Shown here piece after piece: positions 36,207 through 46,643 of a stretch of 64,000 nt of DNA. Position numbers and translations under genes: made by a program. The first letter of the stretch is position 1. The number at the start of each line of letters is the position of its first letter. The DNA is from Parcubacteria group bacterium Gr01-1014_20. Its GTDB lineage: Bacteria; Patescibacteriota; Minisyncoccia; UBA6257; 2-01-FULL-56-20. The stretch is from the NCBI GenBank assembly GCA_007376265.1, contig VMFW01000009.1:70592-134591 (forward strand), given 5' to 3'. A model generated the notes under the pieces. That model had not been told where the DNA came from, made no database searches, and saw only the letters and a list, made by a program, of their open reading frames with translations.

Positions 36207-36764
36207 TCAGTCAAGGCAAAAATCGATAGCTCTTAGTTTGGTTTCGTCATCGGCAACAGAACGGAGCCGGTCGGCAATAATTTTTTGGGCCGTTCCGTCT
36301 ACAGCAGACTCACTGAAGATGAGAATGGCAGTCACGAAGAAGCACTCTTGCCCTATGAAATCCTTGCCAGGTTTCACATGAACCAGGGAACGGTGAACGC
36401 TATCGCTGAAGATAAAGGGTGTAAAGACAAGTTCCAGAAGCTCTTCAAATCTTGAGGCAAAGAATACGGATTCCGGATCAAAGGGAAGTTTAACGTAACG
36501 CTCTGGGGTATGGCGATAGGTCCATCCCTCATAAATAAGTTTCGGAAGGATCGGATCTTCGATAAGAACGCCCCAGTTCATGCAAAGGCCGAGGCTATCC
36601 AAGGTGTCGATAGCCTTTTCTAGGGTGTCAACCGGACCGGAAAATTCGCTCATTCCCGATTCGAAAACAACATGTCTCACCTCGCTTGTTACTGGATCCA
36701 TCAAAGCCTCCTTTTGGAATAAATGGTCTTTTCGGATTTTACTAGATTCTCTTGAAGATGTCAA
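36207..36764 (-). CDS. hypothetical protein
   Basis: 185-aa ORF; start may be the internal Met (MDPVTSEV). No motif recognised. Confidence 0.4.
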   Translation of the reverse strand: MTSSRESSKIRKDHLFQKEALMDPVTSEVRHVVFESGMSEFSGPVDTLEKAIDTLDSLGLCMNWGVLIEDPILPKLIYEGWTYRHTPERYVKLPFDPESVFFASRFEELLELVFTPFIFSDSVHRSLVHVKPGKDFIGQECFFVTAILIFSESAVDGTAQKIIADRLRSVADDETKLRAIDFCLD

Positions 36765-36778
36765 AGCTTGCGAGTGAT

Positions 36779-37405
36779 CTAATCATCGACAACAAGTGGC
36801 ACGAAGCGGAATCCTTGGTACTCTTCGGTTTCAAAATCTTTTTCGGATTTTTTGTTGATGACTACAATACTCCCACCGACTGGAGCGACAATGCAACCGC
36901 CGATTTTAAGCTGATCTTTCCAGACTTCGGGAATAGCTTCGGCCGAGGCGGCGGCGATGATCTTGTCGTAGGGAGCTTCTTCGGGCACCCCGCCGGCAGC
37001 ATTTTTCCAGATTACCTTCACAGTTCCCCGACTTGTAAAACTATATTTGGAAATGTTTTCTTCAGCTAGAGCTTTGATCGGCAAAATTCTTTCAACGGCG
37101 ATTACTTTGCCTTTCTCGCCGACGATGTTCCCGAGAAGCGCTGACTGCCAGCCAGAACCAGCGCCAATATCTAAAATTTTTTCACCAGGCTTAGGATCGA
37201 GAAGCTCCAGCATAAAGGCGACGGTAAGGGGTTGAGAAATAGTTTGACCGCGGCCAATCGGTACAGGCTCATTTTTATAGGCCTCGAATTCAAGATTTTT
37301 GGGAATAAAATCTTTTCGATCAATTTCTTCGAAGGCCTTGAGAATTAACGGGTTTTTGAGATACCCCCAATCGACTAGGGCGCGTATCAGTTCGTTTTTG
37401 GACAT
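36779..37405 (-). CDS. pcm: protein-L-isoaspartate O-methyltransferase
   Basis: RGQTISQPLTVAFMLELL and SAM-binding ILDIGAGSGWQSALL. Confidence 0.85.
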   Translation of the reverse strand: MSKNELIRALVDWGYLKNPLILKAFEEIDRKDFIPKNLEFEAYKNEPVPIGRGQTISQPLTVAFMLELLDPKPGEKILDIGAGSGWQSALLGNIVGEKGKVIAVERILPIKALAEENISKYSFTSRGTVKVIWKNAAGGVPEEAPYDKIIAAASAEAIPEVWKDQLKIGGCIVAPVGGSIVVINKKSEKDFETEEYQGFRFVPLVVDD

Positions 37406-37435
37406 GGTCCAAGTTTAATAGGGGCTTGCGGCTAA

Positions 37436-38008
37436 CTACTTTCCTTTAACCTTGATCTCCTTTCCGTCCCAATAAAATTGACTAGAAAAAACTCTGATCT
37501 GGCTAGATTTTTTAGTTTCTTCGAGCCAGGAATCTATTTTTTCGCCTTTCAGGAACAACCTCCCAACTAAAATTTCCTGATTAGCCATGGGCAGTAAAAT
37601 TTCTTTTTCGAAGTCCTTAAGATTTAAGTTGTAGATGGCTTGGGCGGCCTGTTTAATTTTGGGGTCGCTGGTTAGTTTGGTGATTTTTTCTTGAACCAGG
37701 GAGCTCATCTCGGTGCCGACTTCCTCTCTTACTTTTCCTTCGATCAACTTGTTTTCGATGAGCTGAGTTAGGATCGAACGCTTGAGGTCGCTCGCAGTGA
37801 TCTCTTCTTCGCTAAAATCCTCGCTGAAGGCGCGTTTAACGCTTTGATAGTAGGCGGCACCAGCTTGATAGTTTTTCCAGAAAGTTTTGGCAGAGACCAA
37901 CTGGCCGTTTACCGAAAGAATCGGATAATAACCGGCGGAGATGATGAAAATTATTAGAAGGGCAACGGTGATGAGGCCTGTAAAGATTATGTAGGGCTTG
38001 TATTTCAT
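37436..38008 (-). CDS. hypothetical membrane-anchored protein
   Basis: N-terminal TM helix; 190 aa. Overlaps the next gene by 4 nt (operon). Confidence 0.4.
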   Translation of the reverse strand: MKYKPYIIFTGLITVALLIIFIISAGYYPILSVNGQLVSAKTFWKNYQAGAAYYQSVKRAFSEDFSEEEITASDLKRSILTQLIENKLIEGKVREEVGTEMSSLVQEKITKLTSDPKIKQAAQAIYNLNLKDFEKEILLPMANQEILVGRLFLKGEKIDSWLEETKKSSQIRVFSSQFYWDGKEIKVKGK

Positions 38009-38373
38009 GGTCTTTGAGTTTCTTCGGTTGAGGTGGGTTGCTCTTTTTGGGGCACCAAGATAATCATTCTTTCGCCGGGTTTTTTCAGGTTAAAGCTGGA
38101 ACGGAGCTCTTTTTCGAGGTTGGCGCGGTTCGAAAGATATTCAAGTTCGGCTTTAAGTTTTTCGTTGTTGATCGTGGCTTGGTTTAGATTTTTCTGGGCC
38201 TCGTCGAGTTTTAGGCCCGACTCGTGTTTTTCTTTGACGAATGAAAAGACCTGAAAGCCAAGGAGAAAGACGACGATCACGAGGAATGTGGGTAGAGCCA
38301 GTTTCATCGCTTCAGACTTATAGATTAGATGATAAAAGTCGCTGTGACAAATGATCCAGCATAAAACTACCAT
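38005..38373 (-). CDS. septum formation initiator (FtsB/DivIC-like) protein
   Basis: Single TM helix plus coiled coil (KLDEAQKNLNQATINNEKLKAELEYLSN) and C-terminal LKKPGERMIIL, as in FtsB/DivIC. Confidence 0.5.
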   Translation of the reverse strand: MVVLCWIICHSDFYHLIYKSEAMKLALPTFLVIVVFLLGFQVFSFVKEKHESGLKLDEAQKNLNQATINNEKLKAELEYLSNRANLEKELRSSFNLKKPGERMIILVPQKEQPTSTEETQRP

Positions 38374-38437
38374 TTTTGACCAAGCAAATCAGAACTGATA
38401 TGTTTTCCTTAGCACACACAAATAAACTGGAGGATTT

Positions 38438-38965
38438 ATGGGGGCAAAGTCACGCTGGTACGTTATAACGGGAGGGTTTTCGTCAGGGAAGACCACTGTT
38501 TGTAACCTCCTCGAGGAAATGAATTATGGAGTGGTCCCAAACGCTGCGCGCGTTTTGATCGACGAAGGACTGGAGAAAGGCATACCTGTAGAAGAAACCA
38601 GAAAGAGTGAGGGAGAGTTTCAAAGAGAGGTTCTTGCCCGAAAGTTGAGGGATGAGAGAAGACTTCTTCGAAACCAAATTACCTTCTTGGACAACGCTGT
38701 TCCCTGTAGCATTCCCTACTTTGCTTTGAACGAAGTTGACCCTCAAGAAGCTCTGCGGTTTTGTGAACGTGGGCTCTACGCAGGAGTTTTCTTGATGGAC
38801 CAACTTCCATATGAACACGATTATGCCAGAACCGAAACCGAGGAGTTTATGCTGAAACTCAACGGGGAGCTAAGGATGGCGTACACTAATTTGGGATACG
38901 AAGTCATTAAGATCCCAGTCGTGTCACCCGAAGAACGAGTGAGGCTAATTTTGGCTCACGTCTAA
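38438..38965 (+). CDS. P-loop NTPase of the AAA_28 / NadR-like (nicotinamide riboside kinase-like) type
   Basis: Walker A ITGGFSSGKTT resembles the NadR RNK domain GGESSGKS; 175 aa. SD GGAGGA upstream. Confidence 0.45.
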   Translation: MGAKSRWYVITGGFSSGKTTVCNLLEEMNYGVVPNAARVLIDEGLEKGIPVEETRKSEGEFQREVLARKLRDERRLLRNQITFLDNAVPCSIPYFALNEVDPQEALRFCERGLYAGVFLMDQLPYEHDYARTETEEFMLKLNGELRMAYTNLGYEVIKIPVVSPEERVRLILAHV

Positions 38966-39061
38966 TGATGCACTGCACAAAGACAAGGACGCATTTAACA
39001 TGCGTCCTTACTTTTTTAAGATTTCGCGGTCCTTCGACGAAGTTCAGGATCAGTGTCGATT

Positions 39062-40825
39062 TTATTTCTTTAAAATCTCCCTGAAAACTTCGATTGGCAC
39101 TTCCACCCGGCCGGTTTGTTTGAGGCGATCCTTACCCCGCTTCTGTTTTTTCCAGAGCTTCATTTTGCGGGTTCTGTCCCCGCCAGTTTTTCCAAAGTTA
39201 CCGAGCAGTTTTTTCATAGCGGCGATGGTCTCGCGGGCAATAATGCGTCCCCCCGAGACGGCCTGAATGGCTTGGGCAAACTGCTGTTTCGGTAAAAGTT
39301 CCTTGAGTTTCTCAACGGATTTTCTAGCTTCACGCTCCAAATCTTTTTTGGGGATGATGCGGGTGAGCGCGGGCACCGCTTCGTTCGCAACAACGATTTC
39401 CAGCTTTTCAACGTCGGCTTCTTCTTCTCCGGCAAGGTCGTAGCTGAAAGAAGCAAACCCCTGGGAAAGGGATTTCAGCTGGTCGTCAAAGTCGCGAATA
39501 AGTTCCGAGAGCGGCATTTTGCCTTGAAGCAGGACATTCTGACCGATGGTTTTTACCTCCAGGATTTCCAGATCAAAAACTTTCTTGAGATTCATCACAG
39601 AGCTTAAATGCTCGGCTGGGGACAAGATTTCAATATTGATAATGGGTTGAAAAACCTTATCTGGTTTTACGGGAAAATCTTGGGGTTGCTTAATGACGTA
39701 TTCCTTATCCCCTTCTTTAATGCGGTAAGCAACGGACGGAAAACTGGTGATGAATTCAGCGTTGAACTCGTTTTCCAGACGACTCGAAATAATTTCAAAG
39801 TGGAGTTGACCTAAAAAACCAACTTTAAGGCCCCGGCCAAGCGCATCGTTCGCTTCTGGCTCGAGCGAGAGCGCGGCATCGGTGAGCTTGAGCTTGGCAA
39901 AACCCATTTTGAGATCTTCAAACTTAGTGGACCCGGTTGGGTAGAAAGAGATGAAGACCACTGGTGCCGCTTCACGGTAACCGTGGAGCGCGTGGCTCTT
40001 GGGGTTGTTTGAGACGGTGTCGCCGATGCGAATTAAGTCTGGTTCTTTTAGGCCAGTAGCTAAATAACCCATCTCTCCCGGTAAAATTTCCTTGGCGGCC
40101 TTCAGATCTGGCACAAAGTAACCAAGTTCTTTGAGTTTGAGTTTACTTTTGGTGGCGAGGAGATAAATTTCGTCGGTATTTTTAAGGGTGCCACCGAAAT
40201 TTCTCACAAAAGCCAGGATGCCCTTGTGATCGTCGTAGAGAGAGTCGAAAATTAGGGATTGATTTTCCTTGCTCTCTTTAGGTGCTGGGAATTCACTCAC
40301 AACGGCCTCGAGAAGCTCGGGGACGCCGGCCCCAGTTTTGCCCGAAACTTTAAAAATCTCTCCTTCAGGGACCCCGAGGAGGTTGGCTAGCGCTTCGATA
40401 ACTTTTTCCACGTGGGCCAAATCGAGATCGATCTTGTTAACCGCACCGATAATTTTTAAGCCGGCTTTTTGAGCCGACCGGAAATTTGAGAGCGTTTGAG
40501 CTTGGATGCCTTTGGTCACATCGACCAGGAGAATAGCTCCCTCGACGGCGGCGAGGGCCCGGGAAACCTCGTAAGAGAAGTCGCTGTGACCCGGGGTGTC
40601 GATTAAATTCAGGATATAAGGAGTACCGCGGAAGGTGTAGCTCATGCGAACAGGAGCCATCTTAATGGTAATCCCCCGCTCGCGTTCTAGCTCTAGACGA
40701 TCCAAATACTGTGGACGCATTTTTCTAGCTTCAACGGTGCCGGTGACTTCTAAAAGTCGGTCGGCCAAGGTGGACTTGCCATGGTCAATGTGGGCGATGA
40801 TGCAAAAATTGCGAATGTTGGTCAT
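39062..40825 (-). CDS. lepA: elongation factor 4 (LepA)
   Basis: N-terminus MTNIRNFCIIAHIDHGKSTLADRLL ... LERERGITIK and the LepA-specific C-terminal domain; 587 aa. Confidence 0.85.
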   Translation of the reverse strand: MTNIRNFCIIAHIDHGKSTLADRLLEVTGTVEARKMRPQYLDRLELERERGITIKMAPVRMSYTFRGTPYILNLIDTPGHSDFSYEVSRALAAVEGAILLVDVTKGIQAQTLSNFRSAQKAGLKIIGAVNKIDLDLAHVEKVIEALANLLGVPEGEIFKVSGKTGAGVPELLEAVVSEFPAPKESKENQSLIFDSLYDDHKGILAFVRNFGGTLKNTDEIYLLATKSKLKLKELGYFVPDLKAAKEILPGEMGYLATGLKEPDLIRIGDTVSNNPKSHALHGYREAAPVVFISFYPTGSTKFEDLKMGFAKLKLTDAALSLEPEANDALGRGLKVGFLGQLHFEIISSRLENEFNAEFITSFPSVAYRIKEGDKEYVIKQPQDFPVKPDKVFQPIINIEILSPAEHLSSVMNLKKVFDLEILEVKTIGQNVLLQGKMPLSELIRDFDDQLKSLSQGFASFSYDLAGEEEADVEKLEIVVANEAVPALTRIIPKKDLEREARKSVEKLKELLPKQQFAQAIQAVSGGRIIARETIAAMKKLLGNFGKTGGDRTRKMKLWKKQKRGKDRLKQTGRVEVPIEVFREILKK

Positions 40826-40931
40826 TGCGTGTTTAGAGTTAAATTAACATGGAAAAGCGTCCGAAAGCTAGACAACTGTTTACATATTCTCAAATTCTGC
40901 TATCTTTTAGCTAGCTAAAAAGGAGGTAAAA

Positions 40932-41309
40932 GTGACTAAAAGACGGGTGGATTGGTTTCGAACATTTTCATGGAGCGTGGTCGTTGTGTCCTCCGCTTTG
41001 ATAATCTATCAAATGGCTAGGCCTATTATTTCCAAGCAACCGACGAACTTTCCCATTCTTGTTATAACGCTAGCCGGTCTCGTTGCTTTCGTTTACCGAT
41101 GGATACGCGGTGCCGGGGAACTCCATAAGAAAGACCAGATAATCAGCAAGCTTAAAGATGAGATTCGCAAGCTTGGTGGATCTCCGGTGCCGAGCGTTAA
41201 CGCAGACGAAGATGAACTGCCGGACTGGGAAAAAAGTGGAGGAATACAACTCGGTGGGAAAGCCAGAGATCAGCTAAGAGAAATTTTAGGCGATAACGCC
41301 ATAGAATAA
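40932..41309 (+). CDS. hypothetical small membrane protein
   Basis: GTG start 7 nt after SD AAGGAGGT; two hydrophobic helices; C-terminal charged tail. Confidence 0.5.
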   Translation: MTKRRVDWFRTFSWSVVVVSSALIIYQMARPIISKQPTNFPILVITLAGLVAFVYRWIRGAGELHKKDQIISKLKDEIRKLGGSPVPSVNADEDELPDWEKSGGIQLGGKARDQLREILGDNAIE

Positions 41310-41311
41310 AG

Positions 41312-41346
41312 ACACTCCTCCGCCGGACCGCGGAGGAGTTTTTATT
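41312..41346 (+). terminator. rho-independent terminator
   Basis: ctcctccgc-cggacc-gcggaggag followed by TTTTTATTT. Confidence 0.7.
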
Positions 41347-41453
41347 TAATCCTGAATGGGAATAGCCGAGCGACGATTTGGATATCGATTGACAAACTTC
41401 GGGTTTTTGCTTATCCTAAGCGCAGATTTTGAGACTTCAAAAGGAGGGAGAAA

Positions 41454-41828
41454 ATGGATTTCCTGGGTTGGTTGGTCTTGCAGATTTTCAAAGGCGGAGG
41501 GTTCGTACTGGAACATTGGCGTTGGTTTCTCGGGGGAGTTGGGGCGATTATCTTTATTTTCGTCCTGCCCGAGAAGATGCGACACCTTTCAAACTCGATC
41601 ACAAAAATGATCGATGCCTGTTATTTGCTCCTCGGGAGAATCACGAGATACTTTCTGTCGCTAGCAGTGATCGCGATCGTTGTTTACGGGCTATACCATG
41701 TTGGCAACTGGCGAGGGTTGCCCGAAAATACGAAGCGATCATCCACCACAGACAACAGCCGCCACATTCAAGAACCTACAGCTAAAGATTTGGCGAACGC
41801 TGAGGCCAGGAAAGACCAGCCTAAGTAA
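41454..41828 (+). CDS. hypothetical small membrane protein
   Basis: SD AAAAGGAGGGAG 5 nt upstream; three hydrophobic helices; 124 aa. Confidence 0.5.
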   Translation: MDFLGWLVLQIFKGGGFVLEHWRWFLGGVGAIIFIFVLPEKMRHLSNSITKMIDACYLLLGRITRYFLSLAVIAIVVYGLYHVGNWRGLPENTKRSSTTDNSRHIQEPTAKDLANAEARKDQPK

Positions 41829-41854
41829 GAACTGTAAGGAAGCAGAACCCTTAA

Positions 41855-41886
41855 GAAGCCCGGGTAATAAACTCGGGCTTTTTTAT
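41855..41886. terminator. bidirectional rho-independent terminator
   Basis: aagcccg-ggtaataaact-cgggctt followed by TTTTTTAT. Sits between the convergent 41454 (+) and 41883 (-) genes. Confidence 0.65.
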
Positions 41887-43949
41887 ATCTTTTTTAAAGT
41901 GAGCTCCAAAATTAGTTGGCCGGGGGAATCAAGGGATGAATATTCAAAGATTGGTAAATTGTTTTCCTGCCAATAGTAACCGACTGGCGCTCCAATTTCG
42001 AACTTATACTCGCCGTTAATTCCGGGCTGTTTATCGAAAATAAAGGTGTACTTGCGGCCGCTCGCTGGTGGGTTGGGCAGGCGATGGACATAATCGAGAG
42101 TGATGGTGGCGGTCTTACCGGGATCAATTTTTGACCAGAAACCAAAGACGTCTTTTTCTGACTCTTTAAACATTTTTACATTTGGGTAGCTCAAAAGATC
42201 TCGTTCGGTTGATTCAATTTTACGCAAGTCTTCATCGGGTGTGTAACCCGAAGAGGCGTAATTTATTTTGGGTTTCACGATTTTACTAATACTGCCAGAA
42301 TGATTATCCAACCTAGAACCGTCAGGCACGTAAACGCGAATATAGCTTTGGTTGGTTGTGTTGTACCACGAAAACTTGGACTTGTTGCCGCTATGTTTTC
42401 TTTCAATTTTAAGGCGATCGGAGACGGTGCCATCTTCATTGATTTGGCTCTCGAGGGTAATTTTTTGGTCAATGAAAAGATCGGTCTTTGATCCTCCTAG
42501 GTTGGCGTTTGAAACAGCGAGGTAATCACCATAAAAACTCTGGGAGATGGAGTAAGTTCGTCCCGAGAGATTGTGGGCTTCCATAAAGCTTTCAAGCTCT
42601 TCATCTTCAAGCACAATTCGAACATCTTTTTTTTCAACCCAATTCAAGGCAAAAGAAGTGAAGTTTTTTCTATTTTCTTCGCTCAAGCTCGCGAGTCTCT
42701 CAAAAAGGACGGGGGTAATCTTTTGGAGGATTCGCTTTGGGTAACTGTCATTACTCACCCGATTTTCTTGAACCTGTCTTTGAATTTCAGTCAGGAAATT
42801 GTCTTTATCGATTACGACTTTTTCATCAGCGATTTCGATTGGGCCAGTTAAAGAAAGGAGATCTCTTATAACGTTGTGGGAAACAGCAATGACACCATCA
42901 AAAGTGGTTTTTCCTTTATACAGGTTGGATGACTCGATAAAGTACTTAACTTTCTTGGCAGAGGTGGGGAAATCAAAAAACCAGTTGGCGTCGGCCGCCC
43001 GCCAGTTGGTCGCGATTGCCTGAATAGGTTTGGGCGGAATAGTTCTTAGGTCAAGTTCTCTGTCAGCATCATTTATGTCGTGAACGTTAACGCTCTCTAT
43101 ATTTCCATTTTTGAGGGCGATATCGGCAAAACTACCGATAAAACCGCCGGTTGGGCGCATTTCCGAAGGGTTCTCAAGAAGAACCAGTAGGTGGTGATCT
43201 TCCGGTCCTTTTAGCCAGACAACGAGGGCGCCCAGAAATTTATTTAACCGGCCAATCTCGATTTGGATCGGCAAGGCCAAGTCGGACCTGGTGTCCGAAA
43301 AGTTTTTTAGCTTTGAGGTTTGGTTGGTTAGGACCAAGTTTTTGCTGTCGATATCGGCAAGGATGTTACGGATCGCTTCCAGCTCCCCGATTAATTCGCC
43401 TCCACGCTGGCCGAAAACAAGAGCTGGGATTTTATCGAAAAGAGAAGATGATTTCTGGAGAAGCAGGAACGTATTCCCGACAATTTCTTGAAAAGTCTTG
43501 TACGCTCCCATACTCTCTTTAAGGACAGGGATAACTTTTGATCCGAATTCGACGAGTGGGGAAGGGGCGGGTAGGATATTTTTTTCACGATTGAGGTTAA
43601 AAATTTCTGGATTTAAGGGGTCGAAACTCGACGCGGACTCCTCAAAGAGACCGATGTTATTCTTCAGGGAATCAACAACTTGGTTATGAAAATCGTAAAG
43701 ACTAAAAACAATAATGCCACCACCTAAAGCAAAAATTACAACGGCAAGGAAAAAGATTTTTTTAAACTTCTTCTCCGCGAGTTGATTTTTCCTGACCTTT
43801 TTGGGTTCGAAGCTTCTTAGACTTTGGTGGGTTTTTGCGCTGAAAACACCGGTCTTTTTAAACGAGGGTCGGGTTTTCGATATAGAGCTTTCCGGTTTTT
43901 TGATGTCGGTAACGCTCGACAAGTTGTTTTTTGAAAAATCTCGGGGCAC
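41883..43949 (-). CDS. large membrane-anchored extracytoplasmic protein, function unknown
   Basis: 688 aa with a single N-terminal TM (FFLAVVIFALGGGIIVFSLY) after a basic cytoplasmic tail; no recognised catalytic motif. Confidence 0.5.
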   Translation of the reverse strand: MPRDFSKNNLSSVTDIKKPESSISKTRPSFKKTGVFSAKTHQSLRSFEPKKVRKNQLAEKKFKKIFFLAVVIFALGGGIIVFSLYDFHNQVVDSLKNNIGLFEESASSFDPLNPEIFNLNREKNILPAPSPLVEFGSKVIPVLKESMGAYKTFQEIVGNTFLLLQKSSSLFDKIPALVFGQRGGELIGELEAIRNILADIDSKNLVLTNQTSKLKNFSDTRSDLALPIQIEIGRLNKFLGALVVWLKGPEDHHLLVLLENPSEMRPTGGFIGSFADIALKNGNIESVNVHDINDADRELDLRTIPPKPIQAIATNWRAADANWFFDFPTSAKKVKYFIESSNLYKGKTTFDGVIAVSHNVIRDLLSLTGPIEIADEKVVIDKDNFLTEIQRQVQENRVSNDSYPKRILQKITPVLFERLASLSEENRKNFTSFALNWVEKKDVRIVLEDEELESFMEAHNLSGRTYSISQSFYGDYLAVSNANLGGSKTDLFIDQKITLESQINEDGTVSDRLKIERKHSGNKSKFSWYNTTNQSYIRVYVPDGSRLDNHSGSISKIVKPKINYASSGYTPDEDLRKIESTERDLLSYPNVKMFKESEKDVFGFWSKIDPGKTATITLDYVHRLPNPPASGRKYTFIFDKQPGINGEYKFEIGAPVGYYWQENNLPIFEYSSLDSPGQLILELTLKKI

Positions 43950-43985
43950 AAAGAGATTTTATCAGCTTAAAGCTCAAAACCAAAA

Positions 43986-44804
43986 CTACTTGTGAGTATA
44001 AACTCGATTCTCCACTCTTAAATCCACGTACGCGAGATTGGTAAAATTGGGCTCTTTGGCCAGGGCTTTTAAGATATCTAGGTAAATATCGGCTTTTCTT
44101 CGCAAGCTGAAATAGATTTTGGGGCCATCAAAGGTTGAAACTTCAACTTCTTGCAACTTCAGGTCTAATATCTCTATCTTTTTTGGGCTTAAAGAAGTTT
44201 CAGAAAGCATTACTAGAATTGAAATCATATTTTCCGCCATGGGATCAGGCAGGATTTTTGAGTTTAAAGTCAGGTTTTCTTGTGAATAGTCGTCGACGAC
44301 CTTGATTAAGTTGCCACTAGTTGAAAGTGATTCTTTGAAGATTTTCCCGGAACGATCAAAGAGCCAGCATTTAGGGTTGGAGGTGTCAGACTCTTTTCGA
44401 AGACACCAGATACCGGCAATATCTTTTTCGAGGATACTAATTAGTAGCGCCTGGCTAAAGTAGTTTTTTCTAATCTCAATTTTGTCTAGTTCTGGAAAAC
44501 CAATTTCTTTGCCGGTTAAAGATTTTGGCCAAATAAAAAAATGATCAGGACCGAGAATATCGACCACCAAGGAATTTTTTTGGACATAGGTTTTCACGAC
44601 TTCGATTAATTTTTCGCCAATTTGGGTTTCGCTAGCATTGGAACTAATGGTTTTGAATTTTAAAAGCGGAAGATTGATGGTGAGCCAAACGAGTGAGGCG
44701 AGAACTACGACACCCCCAAAGATCGAGAGATAGATTTTTAGCAAAAACCTCCGACGACGGCGATTCTTGTTTAGATCAGAAAACTGACTGATTTTGTCTT
44801 TCAT
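43986..44804 (-). CDS. cell division protein FtsQ/DivIB-like
   Basis: N-terminal basic stretch, single TM, then a POTRA-like region; position in a division-related gene string. Confidence 0.4.
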   Translation of the reverse strand: MKDKISQFSDLNKNRRRRRFLLKIYLSIFGGVVVLASLVWLTINLPLLKFKTISSNASETQIGEKLIEVVKTYVQKNSLVVDILGPDHFFIWPKSLTGKEIGFPELDKIEIRKNYFSQALLISILEKDIAGIWCLRKESDTSNPKCWLFDRSGKIFKESLSTSGNLIKVVDDYSQENLTLNSKILPDPMAENMISILVMLSETSLSPKKIEILDLKLQEVEVSTFDGPKIYFSLRRKADIYLDILKALAKEPNFTNLAYVDLRVENRVYTHK

Positions 44805-45961
44805 TTAAATAAGCACTCTTTCCATGAGGGGGTTTAGGCGGGTGACGATTTCATAATGGCTAGTTTGAGCAAGGCGCGCCATCTCTTCGGCTTTGATTTC
44901 GTCCTTTCCGTCTTGGCCGATCAAAGTGGCGATGTCCCCTACCTGACACTTGATACCAGTCACGTCTACCACAGTTAAATCCATTGAGACTCGACCCAGA
45001 ATTTTGGCGCGGCGGCCGCTGATTAAAACTTCACCGACGCTTGAAAGCGCGCGCGGGAGGCCGTGCCAGTAGCCGATCGGAAGGACGGCGATTTTGGTGG
45101 GTCGGTTTACGCGCTCCACTAAATCATAACCCACAAATTGACCCTGGGGGATGTTTTTGACTTCGCTTATGATAGTTTTCCAACTTAAAACTGGTTTTAG
45201 GCTAATCTTATTACTCAATTGCAATTCAAGCTCTTTGGCTGGCCAGAGGCCATAGAGACCGATGCCGACCCGAACAGCATCTAGATGGTATTTAGAATTA
45301 ATCATCGTGCCGCCGGTGGCGGAGACGTGTTTGATTAAATTCTGATATCCAGCTTTTTCGAAAAGCTTGACGACTTTATTGAATATTTCAAATTGGCGGT
45401 CGGTATAGGTGGGGTAGTTAGTATCTTTGGCGGAGGCGAAGTGAGTGTAAAACCCCACGAATTTTGAATTATGAATTATGAATTTGGAACTAAGGAACTT
45501 GATGATTTTGGGGATGTCCTCCAGGAAAAATCCTTGGCGGGACATGCCGGTGTCAATTTTAATATGGAAGTTAGGAGGATTTTTGGGTTCGGCAAGATGT
45601 TTTAGAATCTCGAAATTCGAGACGCTTAAAGTGATGTCTTTCGCAGCGGCGTCTTTCGCGAGTTCGGCTAGGGTTGGACCTAGGACAAGAATGGATTTTT
45701 TAATCCCCTCTCTGCGAAGTCGGAGAGCTTCGACAAATGAATCGACGCAGAAACCATCGATGCCAGATTTTTCTACAAGCCTAGAAAATTGGACAAGGCC
45801 GTGGCCGTAGGCGTTGGACTTTACCACCGACCAAAGTTTAGTTTAAGTTTCCGAAAGGTAGCGATGTTTTTTTGAACAGCGCTTCTTGAGATTTCTACCC
45901 AGGTACGAAAAGAACCTTTAGAGTCGAATTTGCCACGGGTTTTGAAATTTGGTTTTGCCAT
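44805..45961 (-). pseudogene. alr: alanine racemase interrupted by a -1 frameshift (sequencing error or pseudogene)
   Basis: Frame A (start about 45961, ...SFRTWVEISRSAVQKNIATFRKLKLNFGRW*) carries the Alr N-terminus. Frame B (44805..45827, ...KLWSVVKSNAYGHG...) carries the PLP-lysine motif VVK(A/S)NAYGHG and the remainder. Frames switch in the A-rich repeat aaacttaaactaaacttt about 45830..45850; a single extra A would fuse them. Confidence 0.7.
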
Positions 45962-46058
45962 CACACATTCTATCGTAGAAGAAATTGAGTGGTTTGTTAA
46001 GAATAAAAATGAGGCCAAGAACTCGTTGTTCTGGGCCTCAAGTTGTGGTACTTCCCTT

Positions 46059-46553
46059 CTAGTCACGGAGAGCTAAGAAGCAAACGGGGTGATCCCACCA
46101 TATTTCACAGATGGGTATTCTGAAGACTCGACGCATTTCACCGTCTATCTCACGCGCTTCAAGAAGAGGTGATGTCCAAGGATCCCCTACTGGCTTTTTA
46201 TCTGGAGATAGAGAAACAACTGTGAATTGTCTTTGCAAATCTGGAAACTGGGCACCTAAAGCCAACAGCTCTCGGACTCCCGCTCCTTTGAGTTTTAGCC
46301 ATTTTTTGAATGCTAGCCCCACGTCATACCGCTGGAGTTGGGCGTCGAAACGAACTAAAACGGCTTCAACTTTCTGTTTTCCGCGACGTGTTCCGTGGGG
46401 GTCTTGATAATATGCTCGGTACGGGGGTGACGACCACCTATCGTAATTCCCGAGAGTGACGGCCTGTTCGTCGGTAAGATCGTAGTCAACCACCAATTCA
46501 ATCACCTGAAGTGTGTGGGCTGGAATTACCTTTCTTTCTCTGGGGCTTTTCAC
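46059..46553 (-). CDS. hypothetical protein
   Basis: 164-aa ORF; no motif recognised. Confidence 0.4.
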   Translation of the reverse strand: MKSPRERKVIPAHTLQVIELVVDYDLTDEQAVTLGNYDRWSSPPYRAYYQDPHGTRRGKQKVEAVLVRFDAQLQRYDVGLAFKKWLKLKGAGVRELLALGAQFPDLQRQFTVVSLSPDKKPVGDPWTSPLLEAREIDGEMRRVFRIPICEIWWDHPVCFLALRD

Positions 46554-46643
46554 CTTATACCTCCTTGTTCTTGGATTTCAACTCAAACTCACCATGGGCT
46601 TAAAGCCGGGCATAGTGTACTAGAATATCTTCTAAAAGTCAAG

